Source: an uncultured delta proteobacterium (lineage in GTDB: Bacteria; Desulfobacterota; Binatia; UBA9968). Taken from it: a stretch of 64,000 nucleotides of DNA. Of this stretch, positions 60,235 to 64,000 are shown piece after piece (position 1 is the stretch's first letter; each line of letters opens with the position of its first letter). The notes under the pieces were generated by a model that saw nothing but the letters and a program-made list of their open reading frames with translations, had not been told where the DNA came from and did no database searches. Both the position numbers and the translations under genes were made by a program. The stretch lies in the NCBI GenBank assembly GCA_963840855.1, contig CAWJBB010000067.1, forward strand, positions 1 to 64,000. Reading direction: 5' to 3'.

Positions 60235-60311
60235 GTCATTCCGGCCACGCTGGCGAGCGCGAGCCGGAAGCCAGTCGAGAGAACCTGGATTCCCGCCTCC
60301 GCGGGAATGAC
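60235..60311. repeat. REP-like palindrome (GTCATTCC...GGAATGAC type)
   Basis: gtcattccggcc...ctggattcccgcctccgcgggaatgac; related to 38429-38519. Confidence 0.7.
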
Positions 60312-60354
60312 AACTACTGACCATGAAACCGAAAGGCTAGTAGCAGACCATTCA

Positions 60355-61536
60355 ATGATTTCTGGAGCTCTTGAAGGAACCACTTGCATCGATGTCAGCG
60401 GCCATGTGGCCGGCCCCTATGCCAGCAGCCTGCTCGGCGACCTGGGCTGCGACGTGATCAAAGTCGAATTGCCCAAGGGCGGCGATAGTCACCGTGGCCG
60501 CAACCCGAAGTACGAAGGTTACGGTCCCAGCTTTCGCGCGCTGAACCGAAATAAGAAAAGCCTCACCCTAGATTTGCGACAGAAAAAAGGCTGCGAGATT
60601 CTGCTCGAGCTCTTGGCAACCGCGGATATTTTTCTGGAAAATTTCCGCCCGCCGACGCGAGCGCGGTTGGGGTTGGACTATGAGGAACTTGCGAATCTCA
60701 ACGCGAAATTGATCCACTGCTCGATCTCCGGCTATGGCCAGAGCGGCCCGTACCGTGACAAACCCGGCTTCGACACGATTGGCCAGGCGCTGAGCGGCAT
60801 GATGAGCCTCGTCACGGATTTGGACGACCCCAAAGTCGCCGGCATATCTTTCGTCGATCACGCCGCCGGTATCTTCGCCGCCCACGGCATCATGGCGGCT
60901 TTGCTGGCGCGGGCGAAAACCGGCCAAGGGCAATTCATCGACGTCTCGCTTTTGCAAGTAGCCATCGCTTTTATCGAATCCCATGTCGCCGACTATTTGA
61001 ACGGTGGCGAAGCGGTGTCGCGGGAGAATTTTCCCAAGGGGCGCATCTATAGTCTTCTGGATTGCGACGGAAAACCGTTCATGGTCCATCTCTCCGGCCA
61101 CAACGAAGCTTGGGAGGGACTGCTGAAAGCCGGCGAGTTGGATCAGTTCATCGGCGATCCGCGTTTCAAGACGCGCAAAGACCGCAGCGACCGCCACCAG
61201 GAAATTGTCGCAATCCTGCGTGAGCAGTACGGCAAAAAGCCGCGTGAATACTGGCTGGCCCGGCTTGACGCCAATAGCATTCCCAATGCGCCCATCAACG
61301 TGATTCACGAAGTTTTCGCCAACCCGCAAATAAAACGCATGGGCCTCCCCAAACAGATTACCCATCCGAAAATGGGCACGACTAATCTCATTGGAAGCCC
61401 CATCAATATGTCGGGCACGCCGCCGAATTTTTTTCGACCCGCGCCGCTGCTGGGCGAACAGACGGATGAAATATTACAACGGCTGGGTTATAGCAAGGAC
61501 GAGATTGAAGAGTTACGGCACAGTAACGTGATATGA
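60355..61536 (+). CDS. CoA transferase, CaiB/BaiF family III
   Basis: LGDLGCDVIKVE, LNRNKKSLTLDL, ENFRP, GPYRDKPGFD. Confidence 0.92.
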   Translation: MISGALEGTTCIDVSGHVAGPYASSLLGDLGCDVIKVELPKGGDSHRGRNPKYEGYGPSFRALNRNKKSLTLDLRQKKGCEILLELLATADIFLENFRPPTRARLGLDYEELANLNAKLIHCSISGYGQSGPYRDKPGFDTIGQALSGMMSLVTDLDDPKVAGISFVDHAAGIFAAHGIMAALLARAKTGQGQFIDVSLLQVAIAFIESHVADYLNGGEAVSRENFPKGRIYSLLDCDGKPFMVHLSGHNEAWEGLLKAGELDQFIGDPRFKTRKDRSDRHQEIVAILREQYGKKPREYWLARLDANSIPNAPINVIHEVFANPQIKRMGLPKQITHPKMGTTNLIGSPINMSGTPPNFFRPAPLLGEQTDEILQRLGYSKDEIEELRHSNVI

Positions 61537-61538
61537 AT

Positions 61539-61602
61539 AGTCTAGAGTCTAGCGTCCAGAGTCTTGCGTTAACTCGAGACTCCGGACCCTAGACGCCAGA
61601 CT
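61539..61602. repeat. hairpin of tandem heptamers (AGTCTAG)n / (ACNCNAG)n
   Basis: agtctag agtctag cgtccag agtcttg ... actcgag actccgg accctag acgccag act. Confidence 0.75.
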
Positions 61603-61610
61603 TCGAAGAA

Positions 61611-62837
61611 ATGGAGTTATGTATGGATTTCACCGTATCCGCCGACCCACCCCATGTAGTGGAGTTCCGCAAAGAAGTCGCCGACTGGCTGGCTAGCCAG
61701 TTCAAAGGCCACGAGCACCTGCGCTGGTCGGCGTCCTGGTCGACACGCGAAGACCAAGATGAATACAAGTTTCGCCGCGGGCTGGCCGAAAAGCTCGGCG
61801 CCAAGGGCTGGCTTTTCCCCATCTATCCCAAAAAATTCGGCGGCGCCGATCTCACCGTCGATCACCAGGTCGTCCTGGAAACCGAACTATTCAAATACGG
61901 CCTCAACCTGTCCCATGTGTTTTACACCCTGGCGCGCATCGTCTCGCCGGTGCTGATTCGCTGGGGCACTGACGAGCAAAAAGCGGAATTTTTGCCGCCG
62001 ATCACGCGCGCGCAAACCTGCGTCTGGCAAGTGCTCACCGAACCGCACGGCGGCAGCGATATAGCGAATTGCCAGACCAAAGCGATCCGCGAAGGCGATC
62101 ACTACGTCGTCAATGGCCAGAAGGTCATGGTCGGCCATCATTTGCCGCCGGATTATCTCTGGACCCTGGTCTGCACCAATCCGCAGGGCAAGCGCCACGA
62201 GAACCTGGCGTGGCTGCACATCCCGGCGACCCTTCCCGGCGTCACCATCCAGCATATGAATATGATGATGGGCATCAAGAACGCCGTCTTTTTCGACAAC
62301 GTCCGCGTGCCGGCGAAGTACTTGATCGGCGGCGAGAATAACGGCTGGAAAGTCGCCAGCACCCACATGGAGCTGGAACATGGCGGCGACGGCCGCATCG
62401 CGGCGGACCCGCTGATAGAGCGAGTAGTTGAGTACTGCCGCAACACATACATCGGCTGCAAACCGATCATGGAAGACCCGCGGGTGCGCGACCTGGTCGC
62501 CGACATGACGATCGAGTTGAATACCCTCAGGCGCTTTAATCAGCTCATTTACTGGCGCCGGTTCGCCAAAAAACCTCATCCCTACGGCGGTCCGCAGCAG
62601 CGCTACTACCAGCGCATGTTGCGCCTGCGCAACGGCGAGCGGTTGCAGGCCATCATGGGCGCCGATGCTTTGGAACAAAACTTATCGGTCAACGAAGTGG
62701 TCGATTTCGAATACGCGGTGCGCACGGGTCCGGGGCAGTTGCACGGCGGCGGCACGTTGGACACCGACCGCTTGATCTTCGCCCGCCGGCTCGGCTTGGG
62801 CCGTCCGACGACCGAGAAAGCGCCGGAAACCGATTAG
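61611..62837 (+). CDS. acyl-CoA dehydrogenase family protein
   Basis: GWLFPIYPKKFGG, WGTDEQK, LTEPHGGSD, YVVNGQK, FFDNVRVP...LIGGENNGW. Confidence 0.92.
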   Translation: MELCMDFTVSADPPHVVEFRKEVADWLASQFKGHEHLRWSASWSTREDQDEYKFRRGLAEKLGAKGWLFPIYPKKFGGADLTVDHQVVLETELFKYGLNLSHVFYTLARIVSPVLIRWGTDEQKAEFLPPITRAQTCVWQVLTEPHGGSDIANCQTKAIREGDHYVVNGQKVMVGHHLPPDYLWTLVCTNPQGKRHENLAWLHIPATLPGVTIQHMNMMMGIKNAVFFDNVRVPAKYLIGGENNGWKVASTHMELEHGGDGRIAADPLIERVVEYCRNTYIGCKPIMEDPRVRDLVADMTIELNTLRRFNQLIYWRRFAKKPHPYGGPQQRYYQRMLRLRNGERLQAIMGADALEQNLSVNEVVDFEYAVRTGPGQLHGGGTLDTDRLIFARRLGLGRPTTEKAPETD

Positions 62838-62838
62838 T

Positions 62839-62921
62839 AGGCATGAGGCGAAAGGCATGAGGCTTGAGGGAAGATGGCAGGCAAGTTCTGACTCACGCCT
62901 TCCGCCTCGCTCCTCACGCCT
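62839..62921. repeat. hairpin of tandem heptamers (AGGCNTG)n / (CTCACGC)n
   Basis: aggcatg aggcgaa aggcatg aggcttg ... ctcacgc cttccgc ctcgctc ctcacgc ct. Confidence 0.75.
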
Positions 62922-62938
62922 ATATAAGGAGAAGTGAA

Positions 62939-64000
62939 ATGGATTTGTCGTTAACTGAAACCCAAGAAGACTTTAAGAAGCTCGCGGCGGATTTCGTCAA
63001 AGCGGAAGTCCCGGCCCATCAAATGACTCAATGGTACAAAAACAAACAGACCTTTCAGCCTCAGCTGGTGAAAAAAGCCGCTGAAATCGGCTGGCTCGGC
63101 ATGATGTTGCCGGAAGAGTATGGCGGCTCGGGCGTCTCAACAATGGACTGCGCCGTCGTTTTCGAAGAACTCGGACATGGCCCCGTGCCGGGGCCGCTTT
63201 TCACCTCGGGCATTCTCAGCGCACAGCTGATTTTTGAAGCCTGCACGGACGCGCAAAAAAAAGCTTGGTTGCCGCCCCTTTGCAATGGCGCATCGATCGT
63301 CGTTCCGGCGATCACGGACAAAGCCGCGTACTGGGGACCGGAAGCGGTGGAGACGCGCCTGAGCAAGACGCCCAATGGCTACATCATGAGCGGCAGCAAG
63401 CGCTTTGTCTTCGACGCCGAAGCGGCCACCAGTTTCCTATGCGCCGCAAGGACGGAAGAAGGCAAAGTCGTCTTCTTGATCGTCGACGCCAACAGCCCCG
63501 GAATCACGATCACGCCGCACATCGGGTTCTTTGTTTCTGTAGCCGAAGTGCGCTTTGACAGAGTGGCCGTTTCGTCGAACAATCTGCTGGGCTCGAGCGG
63601 AGCGAGCTGGGCTACCCTCGAAGCCGCGTTAGAAAAAGCGCTGCCGATCCTTTCCGCCTACCAAGTGGGCGCGACCCAGGAAGTTTTCGACATCACCTGC
63701 GAATACACGCGCACCCGCATCGTCTTCGGCCAGCCCATCGGCCGCTTCCAACGCGTGCAGGACCACTGCGTCGAAATTTCGATTCATCTTGATCAGGCGC
63801 GCTGGGCGACTTACGAAGCCATCTGGCGTATCGACAGCGGCATGGACGCGCGGGCCGGGGTGCACGAGGCCAAAGCAACCGCCAGCGACGGCTACTATCA
63901 CGGGACGAATTACGCGCATATGGTCTGGGCGGGGCCTGGAACGGATTATAGTCATCCGATGATGGCGCACAGCGTTTTAGCCCATACACTCTATCAGTAC
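62939..64000 (+). CDS. acyl-CoA dehydrogenase family protein (3' partial), probable partner of the upstream ACAD
   Basis: AAGGAG RBS; MDLSLTETQE...GWLGMMLPEEYGGSG...RIVFGQPIGRFQRVQD; open to the window end. Confidence 0.88.
   Translation, partial: MDLSLTETQEDFKKLAADFVKAEVPAHQMTQWYKNKQTFQPQLVKKAAEIGWLGMMLPEEYGGSGVSTMDCAVVFEELGHGPVPGPLFTSGILSAQLIFEACTDAQKKAWLPPLCNGASIVVPAITDKAAYWGPEAVETRLSKTPNGYIMSGSKRFVFDAEAATSFLCAARTEEGKVVFLIVDANSPGITITPHIGFFVSVAEVRFDRVAVSSNNLLGSSGASWATLEAALEKALPILSAYQVGATQEVFDITCEYTRTRIVFGQPIGRFQRVQDHCVEISIHLDQARWATYEAIWRIDSGMDARAGVHEAKATASDGYYHGTNYAHMVWAGPGTDYSHPMMAHSVLAHTLYQY

Noticed and set aside
1-64000. CRISPR array, tRNA or rRNA genes
   Set aside because: No regularly spaced repeat-spacer series, cloverleaf or rRNA-like sequence recognised by eye

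Overview
A 64-kb bacterial chromosomal window with no rRNA, tRNA or CRISPR array recognised. The gene mix (three orphan TctC/Bug binding proteins, two CaiB/BaiF CoA-transferases, MmgE/PrpD, cupins, ABC binding proteins, acyl-CoA dehydrogenases) suggests a Binatota/deltaproteobacteria-like genome; this is inference only. Main blocks: (i) 2.6-16.2 kb, a probably sigma54-driven osmotic/general-stress island of small membrane proteins, BON, PRC-barrel, YtxH-like and DUF3309 genes plus a giant cyclic beta-1,2-glucan synthase; (ii) an ICL2-type isocitrate lyase with an unusual CKVCGH active-site loop; (iii) a putative exported selenocysteine-containing rhodanese, with TGA at the catalytic Cys position and a SECIS-like hairpin; (iv) an RhlA/PhaG-like hydrolase and an NAD-dependent formate dehydrogenase operon; (v) CoA-dependent catabolic genes; (vi) 48.7-57.3 kb, an accessory zone with mobile-element debris (MITE-like repeats, transposase tail, group II intron 3' end), SRAP, a RelE/HigA-type TA pair and a repeat-flanked two-gene cassette; (vii) LigD-Pol-like primase-polymerase plus LigC. 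Seven otherwise intact genes are each broken by a single +1 base, probably a sequencing/assembly artefact. Several intergenic gaps carry hairpins built from tandem 6-7-mer repeats. All family calls come from motif recognition by eye, not database searches.
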